The position numbers and the translations under genes were made by a program. A stretch of 53,788 nt of DNA from Candidatus Levybacteria bacterium RIFCSPHIGHO2_01_FULL_40_16 (GTDB lineage: Bacteria > Patescibacteriota > Microgenomatia > Levybacterales > UBA12049): positions 1 through 53,788 of the forward strand of contig MFNS01000002.1 of assembly GCA_001783805.1 (NCBI GenBank). The letters run 5' to 3'. The notes under the pieces are model-generated. The model saw only the letters and a list, made by a program, of their open reading frames with translations. It did not search any database and was not told the DNA's origin. Positions 26,341 to 36,394 of this stretch are shown one piece after another (the stretch's first letter is position 1; the number at the start of each line of letters is the position of its first letter).

Positions 26341-27489
26341 TCATTTTACATACATCCAGGTTGGACGAGAATCTTTATTAAGGATAAGCAAAGGCCGGAT
26401 TTTTTTCTTTTTTACCCATCCGTCAACCGCTCTTTTGACTTCATTGGGTTTTCCGGACAATTCGCTAGTATAATTATATCCGGCTACAATTCCGCCTTTG
26501 CGCACTTTTTTTGACCATTCCCAGATATTGTTTTTTATACTCTTATAGTCATTAATTTCATCCAGAAAAACAAAATCCAGTGAATTATCGGCAAACTTTT
26601 TAACCGTATTCATTGACGTATCTCTAATAATTTGACAGGTAAACGGCTCAAGCCTTATTTTGGCCTTGTTATATAGTCCATCGTTAGATTCCCATGTGTC
26701 AATGGCAAATAATTTAAGCTTGATACTAATAGAACAAAGGGTTTTAGAAAATCTGCCTGTTCCGACCCCAACTTGAGCACCCTGATTAAATTCCAATTCC
26801 TTAAACACCTTTAACAAACTGACCTCCCTACTGCGACATAGCTCATACCGAGATTTGCCTCTCTTTAATTTGAATCTGTTTTCAATATGCCTTAGAGTAT
26901 TCATCCTCACAGCCCTCTCTTCAATTCCGGCCTTTCTATTTTCATATCTTCTAATTGCATCCTCCACTGAAGAAGCTTGAATGACTTTTGGATTTTTATT
27001 CCAATGCCAGTTCAATTTTCTTTCTCTCCAATTGTCTCTATAGATATTTTTTAGATATTCTTCGTATTTATGAGGAACAGGAACTTTACGACCCTCAAAT
27101 TCAATATAGCTGTAGGGAAATATGATATCCTTATCAAGCACATAATAGCAGTCTCGCCAAATATTTAATACTACATATTTACCTCTCGTAATAATAAATA
27201 CAATATCCGTTCTATATGCGTCTCCATCCCTATAAAAACCTATGCTGCCAAATCCTGAAGCGGCCCGTTTATCAAAAAAATAGTATTTTAAAGGATTTTT
27301 TAAAATTTTTTCTCTATATTCAGCCTGGACAAACATATCTATCTCCGAATCATCATCAAAAGGTTTTCTCTGAAGAAGAAATGCCATCAGGGTACTTCCT
27401 CCCAAAAAATACGGAATTTTTAATTTATCCAATTGGTCCATTGACCCGAATATAAAGTTTTCCATTAAAGTTGCTTTTGCAGATGTCAT
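26341..27489 (-). CDS. LicD-like nucleotidyltransferase fused to a methyltransferase-like domain
   Basis: YFLGGSTL...DDDSEID, FEGRKVPVP...YL..IY; C-terminal GAQVGVGTG...LDFVFLD. Confidence 0.78.
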   Translation of the reverse strand: MTSAKATLMENFIFGSMDQLDKLKIPYFLGGSTLMAFLLQRKPFDDDSEIDMFVQAEYREKILKNPLKYYFFDKRAASGFGSIGFYRDGDAYRTDIVFIITRGKYVVLNIWRDCYYVLDKDIIFPYSYIEFEGRKVPVPHKYEEYLKNIYRDNWRERKLNWHWNKNPKVIQASSVEDAIRRYENRKAGIEERAVRMNTLRHIENRFKLKRGKSRYELCRSREVSLLKVFKELEFNQGAQVGVGTGRFSKTLCSISIKLKLFAIDTWESNDGLYNKAKIRLEPFTCQIIRDTSMNTVKKFADNSLDFVFLDEINDYKSIKNNIWEWSKKVRKGGIVAGYNYTSELSGKPNEVKRAVDGWVKKKKIRPLLILNKDSRPTWMYVK

Positions 27490-27621
27490 TATATCATGCG
27501 GAAACGCCGCTTAATGCGGTTAAAGCCTTTTTTGCAGATCCGGAATCATTTGTGTAAGCAGATATTAGTTATTGACTGAATAGGCTTATTTATCTATACT
27601 AATTGGACTTTTTGCTCAAAT

Positions 27622-28014
27622 ATGGCAATACACGTAACAAAAATCAAACCGGAATTTACTGATGAGAGAGGGTATATCTCAAGGATAGTTGATCAGGAGA
27701 AAATCAAAATCCGAAGCGTTCTTGAAATAACAGGCAGGCCCGGTTCCGTCCGAGGAAATCACTATCACAAAAAGGACATGCATTACGTCTATTGTCTGAA
27801 AGGAAAATTTAGATATTCCGAAAAGGATATTAAAGACCCTAAATCTAAAATTGAATCGGTAATACTGAAACCGGGAGACCTGGTTTTAACCAAGCCCATG
27901 AAAGCGCACTCAATGAAATTTATTGAGAATACAGTATTTTTAGCAATTACGACAGAAACGCGCAATCAAAAAGCGTATGAGAAAGACTTAGTTAGGGTGG
28001 TTATAACCAAATGA
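27622..28014 (+). CDS. Cupin-fold sugar isomerase/epimerase (FdtA/WxcM/RmlC-like)
   Basis: FTDERG, RGNHYH and AHSM. Confidence 0.78.
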   Translation: MAIHVTKIKPEFTDERGYISRIVDQEKIKIRSVLEITGRPGSVRGNHYHKKDMHYVYCLKGKFRYSEKDIKDPKSKIESVILKPGDLVLTKPMKAHSMKFIENTVFLAITTETRNQKAYEKDLVRVVITK

Positions 28015-29258
28015 AAAAATTATTTGCTTCAAAAGCTTCCTCATGTAGAATATGCAAGCGCAATACCCTAATTCCTGTAATCTCGCTGGGCTTATCTCCT
28101 CTTGCCAATTCATTTCTATCTAAAAATCAAATGCGAAAAAAAGAACTATTTTTTCCTCTCGAAACAGTATTTTGTCCAAAATGCTCATTGCTCCAACTTT
28201 CCCATGTAGTCAATCCTAATCTTCTTTTCAAACAATATCTATACGTCTCCTCTACTTCTCAAACATTTATAAAACATTTTCAAAAATTAGCCAAATCGGT
28301 TATCAAGCAGCTCAAATTGCAAAAAAATGACCTCATTGTTGACATAGGAAGTAATGACGGAATTCTTCTGAAACCTTTTAAGAAATTGGGCATGCGCACA
28401 TTAGGCGTTGATCCTGCGGAAAATGTTGCACCAATTGCCCGGGCAAACGGAATTGACACAATAATTGCATATTTTAATGATAAAATAGCAAAGAAAATAA
28501 TTAAAAAATACGGCAAGGCAAAGGTCATTTCCGGGACCAATGTATTCGCTCATATAAATGATTACGATGAATTAATTAATTCTGTAAAAATGTTATTAAA
28601 CCCAAAAGGAACATTTATAATTGAGGTTCCTTATCTTGTTGATTTTCTGAAAAAGAATTTGTTCGATACAATCTATCACGAACATCTTTCCTACCTCTCC
28701 GTAAGACCCCTAGCTACACTTTTCAAAAGATTTGATATGGAAATTGTCAGCGTGCAGCGTGTTCCCTCGCATGGCGGATCAATCAGGGTATTTATAAAAA
28801 ATGCTAGCTCCAACCCCCATATTAATCATTCTGTCAAAAATTTGCTTTTCTTGGAAAAGAAATTGCAGTTGGATAACATGAAAACCTATATAAAATTTGC
28901 AGCTAAAATACAAGCAAATAAAATTTTACTAATTGAGATGTTAAAAAAGCTAAAGAAGAAGCGAAAAACTATTATCGGTTTCGGAGCTCCGGCAAAGGGT
29001 AACACGTTACTGAATTTTTTCAGTATCGGCACTGATTATTTGGACTATATTATTGACGACAATCCTCTAAAGCAGGGCTTATTTACGCCCGGAACCCATA
29101 TCCCCGTTGTGTCCGTAAATAAATTAAGGGAGGCTGCTCCCGACTATATACTTATACTTGCCTGGAATTTTGCCGAATCAATTATGGATCGTTTTGAGGA
29201 TTTCCATAAAAAGGGCGGGAAATTTATTCTCCCTGTTCCTATACCGAAAATAGCATGA
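28011..29258 (+). CDS. NDP-hexose C-methyltransferase (zinc-binding, TylC3/NovU-like)
   Basis: CRIC...CPKC, DIGSNDG, IEVPY, IYHEHLSY, HGGSIR, GAPAKG and LAWNF. Confidence 0.92.
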   Translation: MKKLFASKASSCRICKRNTLIPVISLGLSPLANSFLSKNQMRKKELFFPLETVFCPKCSLLQLSHVVNPNLLFKQYLYVSSTSQTFIKHFQKLAKSVIKQLKLQKNDLIVDIGSNDGILLKPFKKLGMRTLGVDPAENVAPIARANGIDTIIAYFNDKIAKKIIKKYGKAKVISGTNVFAHINDYDELINSVKMLLNPKGTFIIEVPYLVDFLKKNLFDTIYHEHLSYLSVRPLATLFKRFDMEIVSVQRVPSHGGSIRVFIKNASSNPHINHSVKNLLFLEKKLQLDNMKTYIKFAAKIQANKILLIEMLKKLKKKRKTIIGFGAPAKGNTLLNFFSIGTDYLDYIIDDNPLKQGLFTPGTHIPVVSVNKLREAAPDYILILAWNFAESIMDRFEDFHKKGGKFILPVPIPKIA

Positions 29259-30325
29259 AAAATTTTTTTCAAGACAAAATAGTTGCAGAAGACATTTCCA
29301 ATATTTCCATTGCGCTTTTAAAAATCGCAAAAGCCCTCGAGGGAAAAACTATGTTGATAACCGGAGGGTCCGGATTCCTAGGAAGCTACATGGTTGGCAC
29401 GATCTTAAGCCTCAATAAAATCATTCTTAAGGAACCATGCAAAATAATTTCAGTTGACAATTATATTACCTCAAGCAAGAAGTCAAAGAAGAAAATTCCG
29501 TTCCTTACAAATATTGATCATGATATAAGTCGCCCTCTACACATTAAGGAGCCTGTTGATTATATTATTCATGCTGCAGGAATTGCGTCCCCTATTTATT
29601 ACAAACAGTATCCACTTGAAGCTATTGATGTTGCCGTCAATGGAACCAGAAATATCCTTGAACTCGCGCACAGAAGAGCACCCAAAAGCATCCTGTATTT
29701 TAGCTCCAGTGAAATTTATGGTGATCCTACGGCCGATCAAATACCAATAAAGGAAACATATCGGGGGAATGTCTCATCTATAGGCCCTCGCGCTTGTTAT
29801 GACGAGTCAAAGCGGCTTGGTGAGACGCTCTGTATGACATACTTTGATTTATATAAAATCCCTGTCAAAATAGTCAGGCCTTTCAATATTTACGGCCCGG
29901 GAATGAAAATGAATGACTACCGCATCATGCCTAATTTGATTTCCAAATACTTACAAAAGAAGAAGAACTTGCCAATTTTCGGAAAGGGTACGCAAACCAG
30001 AGCTTTCTGTTACATTTCGGACGCAATTGAGGGATTTTTTAGGGTACTTCTTTCCAAAAAACATGGTGAAATCTACAATGTCGGAAATGATGAAAGAGAA
30101 ATTACAATGCGGGATTTGGCGAAACTTATGAACAAATTGTTTGAAAATAAACTTAAAATAAAAAAGACAACTTATCCGAATGATTATCCAAAAGATGAGC
30201 CACGGCGACGATCGCCGGATATTACAAAAATTAAAAATAATCTTGGATATAGACCAAAAATTGCTCTGAAAAAAGGATTAATGCGCACAATTACTTGGTG
30301 CAAGGATAACTGGAGTGTCGTATGA
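29255..30325 (+). CDS. NAD-dependent epimerase/dehydratase, UDP-glucuronate-decarboxylase-like
   Basis: GGSGFLG, SSSEIYGDP, GPRACYDESKR and EPRRRSPDI. Confidence 0.88.
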   Translation: MKNFFQDKIVAEDISNISIALLKIAKALEGKTMLITGGSGFLGSYMVGTILSLNKIILKEPCKIISVDNYITSSKKSKKKIPFLTNIDHDISRPLHIKEPVDYIIHAAGIASPIYYKQYPLEAIDVAVNGTRNILELAHRRAPKSILYFSSSEIYGDPTADQIPIKETYRGNVSSIGPRACYDESKRLGETLCMTYFDLYKIPVKIVRPFNIYGPGMKMNDYRIMPNLISKYLQKKKNLPIFGKGTQTRAFCYISDAIEGFFRVLLSKKHGEIYNVGNDEREITMRDLAKLMNKLFENKLKIKKTTYPNDYPKDEPRRRSPDITKIKNNLGYRPKIALKKGLMRTITWCKDNWSVV

Positions 30326-31254
30326 AAAAGATTGGCTTATTAGCATACGGAGAAATGGGTTTTTCCGCGTTAGAATCATTAAGGTCGCTATTCAATGTTG
30401 TATGGGTTATTCTTTCTCCCGAACGTTCTAATGTAAAATTAATAAAATTTGCAAAAAAAAACAATATAAAGATCTTTTTCACGAATAACAATGATCGGAT
30501 ATATCGCATTGCTAAAAACACGAAGCCTGAAGCAATAGTTATCGCTTCTTATAATAAAATCTTGCCTGAAAAAATTCTTACACTTTGTAAGTGCATCAAC
30601 GTACATCATGGTGATCTCCCACGGTTCAGAGGCAGAGCAAACATTAATTGGGCAATTATTATGGATAAGAAAAAAATTGCGCTAACTATTCACGAAGCTG
30701 TATCAAATCTAGATGCGGGAAATATTTATAAAAAATATCAAATACCTATAACCAATATTGATAATGTGGAAACTGTATACGGAAAGGTAAATCTTCTACT
30801 AAAACTTGATTTAGCGCACATTGTAAATAAGGTAATCAAAGGATATAAAGGGAAAAAACAAATAGGCAACCCAACCTATTGCTGCACAAGACTGCCTGAG
30901 GACGGACTGATAGATTGGGCAAAATCAAGTAAAGATATCTATAATCTTATACGAGCGCTTACCAAACCTTATCCTGGAGCATTTACATTTTTTAAAGGAA
31001 AAAAGTTAATTATATACAATGCGGAAATTCCAAAACATCCAAAAATTTTTGAGGGAAGAATTCCCGGAAGGGTTATATCAATAATCCCTAACTACGGTGC
31101 CGAAGTTTTAACCGGTGGCTCTTCGATTATAATTAAGAATGGGCTGTATGAGGGGAAAGAAACCGTTTTATCTAACGTCATTACTTCGGTTAAAGAGACT
31201 CTTGGGATAAATTTTGCATCTATTTATGAACAGTTGAATAAATATCAAAAATGA
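30322..31254 (+). CDS. Sugar N-formyltransferase (ArnA-N/Fmt-like)
   Basis: NVHHGDLPRFRGRA, LDAG, PEDGLIDW and PYPGAFT. Confidence 0.85.
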   Translation: MKKIGLLAYGEMGFSALESLRSLFNVVWVILSPERSNVKLIKFAKKNNIKIFFTNNNDRIYRIAKNTKPEAIVIASYNKILPEKILTLCKCINVHHGDLPRFRGRANINWAIIMDKKKIALTIHEAVSNLDAGNIYKKYQIPITNIDNVETVYGKVNLLLKLDLAHIVNKVIKGYKGKKQIGNPTYCCTRLPEDGLIDWAKSSKDIYNLIRALTKPYPGAFTFFKGKKLIIYNAEIPKHPKIFEGRIPGRVISIIPNYGAEVLTGGSSIIIKNGLYEGKETVLSNVITSVKETLGINFASIYEQLNKYQK

Positions 31255-32372
31255 ATTATAGGATTAAATTAGTCGATCTAATTCGCCCTCATCGGAAGCT
31301 TAAAAAGAGATTTCTAGCTTCGATTGGAAAAATTATCAACGCTTCAGATTTTATTATGGGGGCGGAGGTGGAAAAATTTGAAAAATCTTTTGCCAAGTTT
31401 TGTGGTAAAAAATATGCAATAAGCCTTAACTCCGGAACAGACGCGTTAAGACTTGCGCTTCTTGCCTATAATATTGGGCCAGGCGACGAAGTGATTACGG
31501 CTCCGAACTCTTACTTCTCAACAGCGATGATAATTACCGAGTGCGGAGCAAAGCAAATTTTTGTCGATATTAATCCTGATACTTACACTATTGATACAGC
31601 AAAGATAAAAAGGGCAATTACAAGCAGGACGAAAGCTATAATACCTGTCCATATCTATGGCCAACCTGCAGACATGACTCCAATTCTTCAAATAGCTAAA
31701 AAGTATAATTTGAAAATCATAGAGGATGCATGTCAAGCACACGGAGCAATATATAAAGGAAAAGCTGTCCCATATGGGGAGACAGGCGCATTCAGCTTCT
31801 ATCCGGGAAAAAATCTTGGTTGTTTTGGAGACGGAGGGATTCTTGTCACGGACAATCCAACTGTCGCAAACAATGTCCTTCTTCTTAGAAATGACGGATC
31901 AAGCAAAAGATACATACATGAAAAATTGGGTATTAAAAGCCGGTTGGATACTATTCAGGCAGCTGTATTAAATATAAAATTACCTTATTTAAAACAAGGA
32001 AATAAAAAAAGACGCATCCATGCTATGGCATATACAAAATTACTGAAAGATATACCGGGAATCACCACTCCCAAAGAAGCAAATGACGTTATTCACGCGT
32101 ACCATCTCTATGTTATCGAGGCTGAAAAACGCAACGAGCTGCAATCTTATTTGAGCAAACACGGAATTGAAACAGGAATACATTATCCTATACCAATTCA
32201 CCTGCAGGAAGCTTACAAAAACGAGAAGTATAAGAGAGGCGACTTTCCTGTAGCTGAAGGGAAAGCGCGAAAAATACTCTCTTTACCTATGTTTCCTGAA
32301 CTTACAAAAAAAGAAATAAGATATGTTTGCGAAATGATATCTAATTTTATGCTTCAAAAGCGCAAAACTTAA
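31251..32372 (+). CDS. DegT/DnrJ/EryC1/StrS sugar aminotransferase
   Basis: NSGTDAL, IEDACQAHG, FSFYPGKNLG and SRLDTIQAA. Confidence 0.95.
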   Translation: MNYRIKLVDLIRPHRKLKKRFLASIGKIINASDFIMGAEVEKFEKSFAKFCGKKYAISLNSGTDALRLALLAYNIGPGDEVITAPNSYFSTAMIITECGAKQIFVDINPDTYTIDTAKIKRAITSRTKAIIPVHIYGQPADMTPILQIAKKYNLKIIEDACQAHGAIYKGKAVPYGETGAFSFYPGKNLGCFGDGGILVTDNPTVANNVLLLRNDGSSKRYIHEKLGIKSRLDTIQAAVLNIKLPYLKQGNKKRRIHAMAYTKLLKDIPGITTPKEANDVIHAYHLYVIEAEKRNELQSYLSKHGIETGIHYPIPIHLQEAYKNEKYKRGDFPVAEGKARKILSLPMFPELTKKEIRYVCEMISNFMLQKRKT

Positions 32373-32588
32373 ACAGTACTAAACTAATAAACATCTGCTA
32401 GAATGAGTACTTATGTCAAGACAAGGAAGGAAAAGAGCTCGCACATTTGAAGGTGTCAAGAAATTTTGGGAAAGAGAGGCGACAAGAATTATTCATCCTC
32501 TCACCGTCAGCCCAAAGGAACCGCAATTTCCCAACCATAAAGATGTTAAAAAAAATAGGATTATCCCTATTCTTATTGATATCTCCAT

Positions 32589-33203
32589 TTATTCTTTTAC
32601 GTATAGCCAGCTGGGCATTTCGGTATTTGCATTTTTATTCAAAATAAATAGATAGGGAATTTTGTTTTCCGCAACCCATTCGTTAACTGCCCGTTTGACG
32701 CCAAAAGGTATTCCGGCATGCTCATTGACATAATCGTGCCCTGATACAACTCCACCCTTTTTAACCTTCTTAGACCATTCCCTGATGTCCTCTTTCACAT
32801 ATCCGTAGCTGTGATTGGCATCTATGTAGATAAAATCCAGTGATTCATCCGCAAACCGCTTAACCGCTTTCATTGACCATTCATTAACTATCTGCACATT
32901 ATAAGGCGCCAGCAATTTCCTGGCGTACGCATAAATATCATCCATGACTTTCTGCTCAGTTTCTTCCGTATCAATATATCCGTCGTACACTTTCCAGACA
33001 TCAATTCCGTACAATTTAAGATTGGGAACTCTCTGGCACAAAATCTGAGCAAATCTACCCTTAGCTACACCGACTTCGGCTCCGAGCGTAAATCCCAAAT
33101 TTGCAAATATTCTGGGTAGGGTTATTCCTCTTGTGCCATCAATTTTGACCAATCCTTTTTCTTTTATCCTATATTTTCTTAAAATATGATCCAATGCGTT
33201 CAT
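32589..33203 (-). CDS. Class I SAM methyltransferase (Methyltransf_24-like)
   Basis: GAEVGVAKG, DFIYIDANHSY and GGVVSGHDY. Confidence 0.88.
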   Translation of the reverse strand: MNALDHILRKYRIKEKGLVKIDGTRGITLPRIFANLGFTLGAEVGVAKGRFAQILCQRVPNLKLYGIDVWKVYDGYIDTEETEQKVMDDIYAYARKLLAPYNVQIVNEWSMKAVKRFADESLDFIYIDANHSYGYVKEDIREWSKKVKKGGVVSGHDYVNEHAGIPFGVKRAVNEWVAENKIPYLFILNKNANTEMPSWLYVKE

Positions 33204-33811
33204 TCTTTTATAAAAAACCAGCTGGGATGGTGCTCCTTATTGAAAATAAAAAGATATTTTATTTCGTGTTTTTCTACCCATTCGTCAACAGCTTTGACAA
33301 CGCCATCATTTCCTGAATTAAAAACAAAATAATCATCTCCGGCAACAATTCCATCCTTTCTTACTTTTTTTGACCACTCGGCAATATCTTCTTTGACAAA
33401 CTCATAACCATGGTTAGCATCGATATAAACAAAATCCAATGAATCATCCTTAAATTTTTTCACAGCATCCATTGAATAATCTCTGATAATCTCGCAATTG
33501 AAAGGCGCAAGTCTGGTTTTAGCTTCTTCATAATATCTATTTTGTCGATTAGTAGATTTACCAAATTTACCATTACCGGGAAATTTATAAGGCGCCCAGG
33601 CATCAACAGCATAGAGTTTGAGATTTTGTACCTTACCGCATAATCGTTTTGAGAAATATCCCTTTTCTACCCCAATTTCAGCTCCAATCGTAAAATTCAA
33701 TGCCTGAAATAACTTTGGTAAGGATACCCATCGGCTGCGTCTAAGATATATTGGTGATTTTTCCGCACCTGTTAATTTATATCTTTTAAAAATGTGATCT
33801 AATGCACTCAT
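33200..33811 (-). CDS. Class I SAM methyltransferase (Methyltransf_24-like)
   Basis: GAEIGVEKG, DFVYIDANHGY and GIVAGDDY. Confidence 0.88.
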   Translation of the reverse strand: MSALDHIFKRYKLTGAEKSPIYLRRSRWVSLPKLFQALNFTIGAEIGVEKGYFSKRLCGKVQNLKLYAVDAWAPYKFPGNGKFGKSTNRQNRYYEEAKTRLAPFNCEIIRDYSMDAVKKFKDDSLDFVYIDANHGYEFVKEDIAEWSKKVRKDGIVAGDDYFVFNSGNDGVVKAVDEWVEKHEIKYLFIFNKEHHPSWFFIKE

Positions 33812-34614
33812 AATTGATTATACAACTTGGCAATTTTGCTGATGTGCCAGTCTTCCGCTTTAGCGGCAATTTTTTCTGAAAATTGATTGTAATAATCTGC
33901 ATTCTTAAACTTATTCACTTCGCTGATTAACTCATCTATTGTCTTAACCGGAACATAATAGTTTTCAAACTCCCGATAGCAATCCTCCCGATAGCCAACA
34001 GTCGGAATACCGAATGATGCGGCATTATATAATTTTAAAGGATTCTTTAGCCTCCAATTCAGCGTTCTCCAGGTAATTTGAATATCAATTTGTTTATATA
34101 AATTTACCACATCCATTCTGTTCTTAAATACGAAACCGGTAAATAAGTTCATTCCTATACTTTTCAATTTCTTTTCCATCTCGTCAAACGGATACATAAA
34201 TGAACTGGATAGCCCGATAATTCCGACTGTATTTATTTCTTTTCTCGTTCTTCTTGTCCTCTCAAAGTTACAATGCTGCTGCGGAATTAAAATAATCCTA
34301 TGACCGGGAAGTTTGTAAGTCAAATAATCGTATGCGCTCTTTGATACGGCAATAATTGGAAATTGAGGCCTTGTTTTTAACCAATTTACCAGTGTAAATC
34401 CATCAACTATATCTATATATGAGTTCTTAGCGAAATTTTCATTTCCGCTAGGCTTTACATATATGCAGATGTCATCCTCATATCCTTCGGCCGGGTTAAA
34501 TTTCGCTCCTAAATATTGAGCGATTTGTTCCGCTCTAATAGACGTTGATCCGTTATCAATTCTCTGCATGTTTCGTCTTATAGACAATGGTTTGCCGAAA
34601 AATGATTTATGCAT
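33808..34614 (-). CDS. Putative GT-B-like glycosyltransferase
   Basis: IDIQITW...KNPLKLYNAASFGIPTVG resembles a GT4/CgeB C-terminal motif. Confidence 0.55.
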   Translation of the reverse strand: MHKSFFGKPLSIRRNMQRIDNGSTSIRAEQIAQYLGAKFNPAEGYEDDICIYVKPSGNENFAKNSYIDIVDGFTLVNWLKTRPQFPIIAVSKSAYDYLTYKLPGHRIILIPQQHCNFERTRRTRKEINTVGIIGLSSSFMYPFDEMEKKLKSIGMNLFTGFVFKNRMDVVNLYKQIDIQITWRTLNWRLKNPLKLYNAASFGIPTVGYREDCYREFENYYVPVKTIDELISEVNKFKNADYYNQFSEKIAAKAEDWHISKIAKLYNQL

Positions 34615-35287
34615 ATCTGGGTTTTAATTTTTCTCTTGGTCTGGCTCTGCCCCAAAATTTTCTTTTTAATTCCCAGCAATCTCCCCAGCCTGCTAATTCC
34701 TGTCTGGAAACAACTTCATTTTCCTTGCTGTCCATTTTCCCGCCTAGTGTATGGAAGAAGTTAAAAGTAAGTATTGGAGTTTTGGAATACCAATATTCGG
34801 TTTTAGCGCCATCAAACCTTCCCGGCTCCTGAAAATATCTATTTACTCCCTTAATCTCCTTGGGAAATTCCTCAAATCTGGGAGTTAAGGTATCGATTAA
34901 ATATTGAGTTGCGACTATGCAAGCGCACATGCCTACCCAGCCCTTATTCCAATATTCCTGTTCTTCGGCATACCAAGTATTCTTGTTAAAGCTGAATACT
35001 TTATCTGTTGCTGGCCGATGATTGAGATGTTCTTTGGTATACAAAGTGTCATCTTCACAGAGAGCCACATATTTAGTTTTGACTGCTTTTGCACCAATAA
35101 GTATCTGTTTGTAGCAGTTGTAATAGGATTGACCTATCTCTCCTACGCAAATATTTCTCCCGAAGTCTAGCGGTTTTTGGGAAACGCTGACAATCGGATA
35201 ATCACCCAATGATTTCAAATGCTTCCGAACATTTTCTCCCAAATATTCTTCTATTTTAGAAGCTGTGTAATAAAGTAAGGTAATCAT
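34607..35287 (-). CDS. Putative GT-A-fold glycosyltransferase
   Basis: LLYYTA...VALCEDDTLY; paralogue of 23580-24347. Confidence 0.6.
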   Translation of the reverse strand: MITLLYYTASKIEEYLGENVRKHLKSLGDYPIVSVSQKPLDFGRNICVGEIGQSYYNCYKQILIGAKAVKTKYVALCEDDTLYTKEHLNHRPATDKVFSFNKNTWYAEEQEYWNKGWVGMCACIVATQYLIDTLTPRFEEFPKEIKGVNRYFQEPGRFDGAKTEYWYSKTPILTFNFFHTLGGKMDSKENEVVSRQELAGWGDCWELKRKFWGRARPREKLKPRYA

Positions 35288-36198
35288 TCTGCCGGATAGA
35301 TCCCCAATCCTAAGTTTTTAAGATATCTTTGCTCGTACTTCGGATCTTTCCAGTCTTCAGGCCAACCGGGAATAGGCCAGAACCTTTCAATCAGCCATTC
35401 CATTTTGTGAATTGCCTTGGGCCATCTGTCATGCATCCAGTAGTCGATATGGAAGATTCTCTGCCGTCTCATGGGCCACTTATTGATAAAGTATCCTCTT
35501 CCCCGTTTACCTTTATATAAATGCGCATACCAAGTCTTCTTATTTACCATGCACTTGCCTCCCGATAACCACGTTTTATTTGCCATTTCTTCACTTTCTA
35601 ATACGAACTCATCCCCGGTTGACGTATTGATATCAAAGCCTCCGATATTATTCATGTGTTTTCTGGTGGTCAGCCAGCATGATCCTTGAAATGCCATTTC
35701 ATCATCTATGAGTAGTTCTTTCCTATCTATGGCTCTTTGATGCCACTTGCCTCCGGTTTTAACCGAATGAAGTTCCTTTACGAACGGGAAGACGAAATAT
35801 TCGTAATCGACTATTGGCCGGTCTTTTTTAATTGACCAGGGATTGGTATCTGCATTTAGACTATATCTTCTGGGAACAACTACCCAATTCTCATTACAGT
35901 CGGCAGTTAATATTTTGTCAAACCCTTCACCGAACATACAATGCCCGTCAGTTTTCATAATAAACTCTCCTTTAGAAGCGGCAATAGCTTGATTCATAGC
36001 GCTTCTAAGTCCGGGCTTACCTACCTTCTGAATGACTCTTAAATTAGGACGCGGAGGAAGTTCCTGCCAATTTTCGTCACAAATTACTACGATTTCAAAA
36101 TCTCCTCTGGCCTTATTGTAAATGTCGTCCACGGTTTTTGCGAGGAACTCTTCATTGCGGGAAGGGATAATTATCGATAGCATATTTTTTGTTTGCAT
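35284..36198 (-). CDS. GT2-family glycosyltransferase
   Basis: LSIIIPSRNE, MKTDGHC and FQGSCW. Confidence 0.88.
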   Translation of the reverse strand: MQTKNMLSIIIPSRNEEFLAKTVDDIYNKARGDFEIVVICDENWQELPPRPNLRVIQKVGKPGLRSAMNQAIAASKGEFIMKTDGHCMFGEGFDKILTADCNENWVVVPRRYSLNADTNPWSIKKDRPIVDYEYFVFPFVKELHSVKTGGKWHQRAIDRKELLIDDEMAFQGSCWLTTRKHMNNIGGFDINTSTGDEFVLESEEMANKTWLSGGKCMVNKKTWYAHLYKGKRGRGYFINKWPMRRQRIFHIDYWMHDRWPKAIHKMEWLIERFWPIPGWPEDWKDPKYEQRYLKNLGLGIYPAE

Positions 36199-36314
36199 AA
36201 TTTTACATTATAACACATTAAATATGGAGCCCTAATTATAGATAAAAAACTTTTTGCGATTTCATCGCCCACTATAAAATTGTTATAGTAAGTGATAGTT
36301 GCATACCCTCTTCC

Positions 36315-36392
36315 AAGGAATCTCCTTTAAAGATGCTCTATCCGAAGCTGCTTGAAAGCTTATCTTTCAAGGTTTCTCCTTTAAGGATACTC
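36315..36392. repeat. REP-like doublet
   Basis: AAGGAATCTCCTTTAAAGATGCTC and AAGGTTTCTCCTTTAAGGATACTC flank a TTGAAAG/CTTTCAA hairpin. A third copy is at 42212-42235. Confidence 0.65.
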
Positions 36393-36394
36393 TT

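Noticed and set aside
32413-32655. 80-aa plus-strand ORF after an extended -10 (TGCTAGAAT)
   Set aside because: It overlaps the 3' end of the convergent methyltransferase and has no recognisable motif. It could be a gene remnant but cannot be supported.
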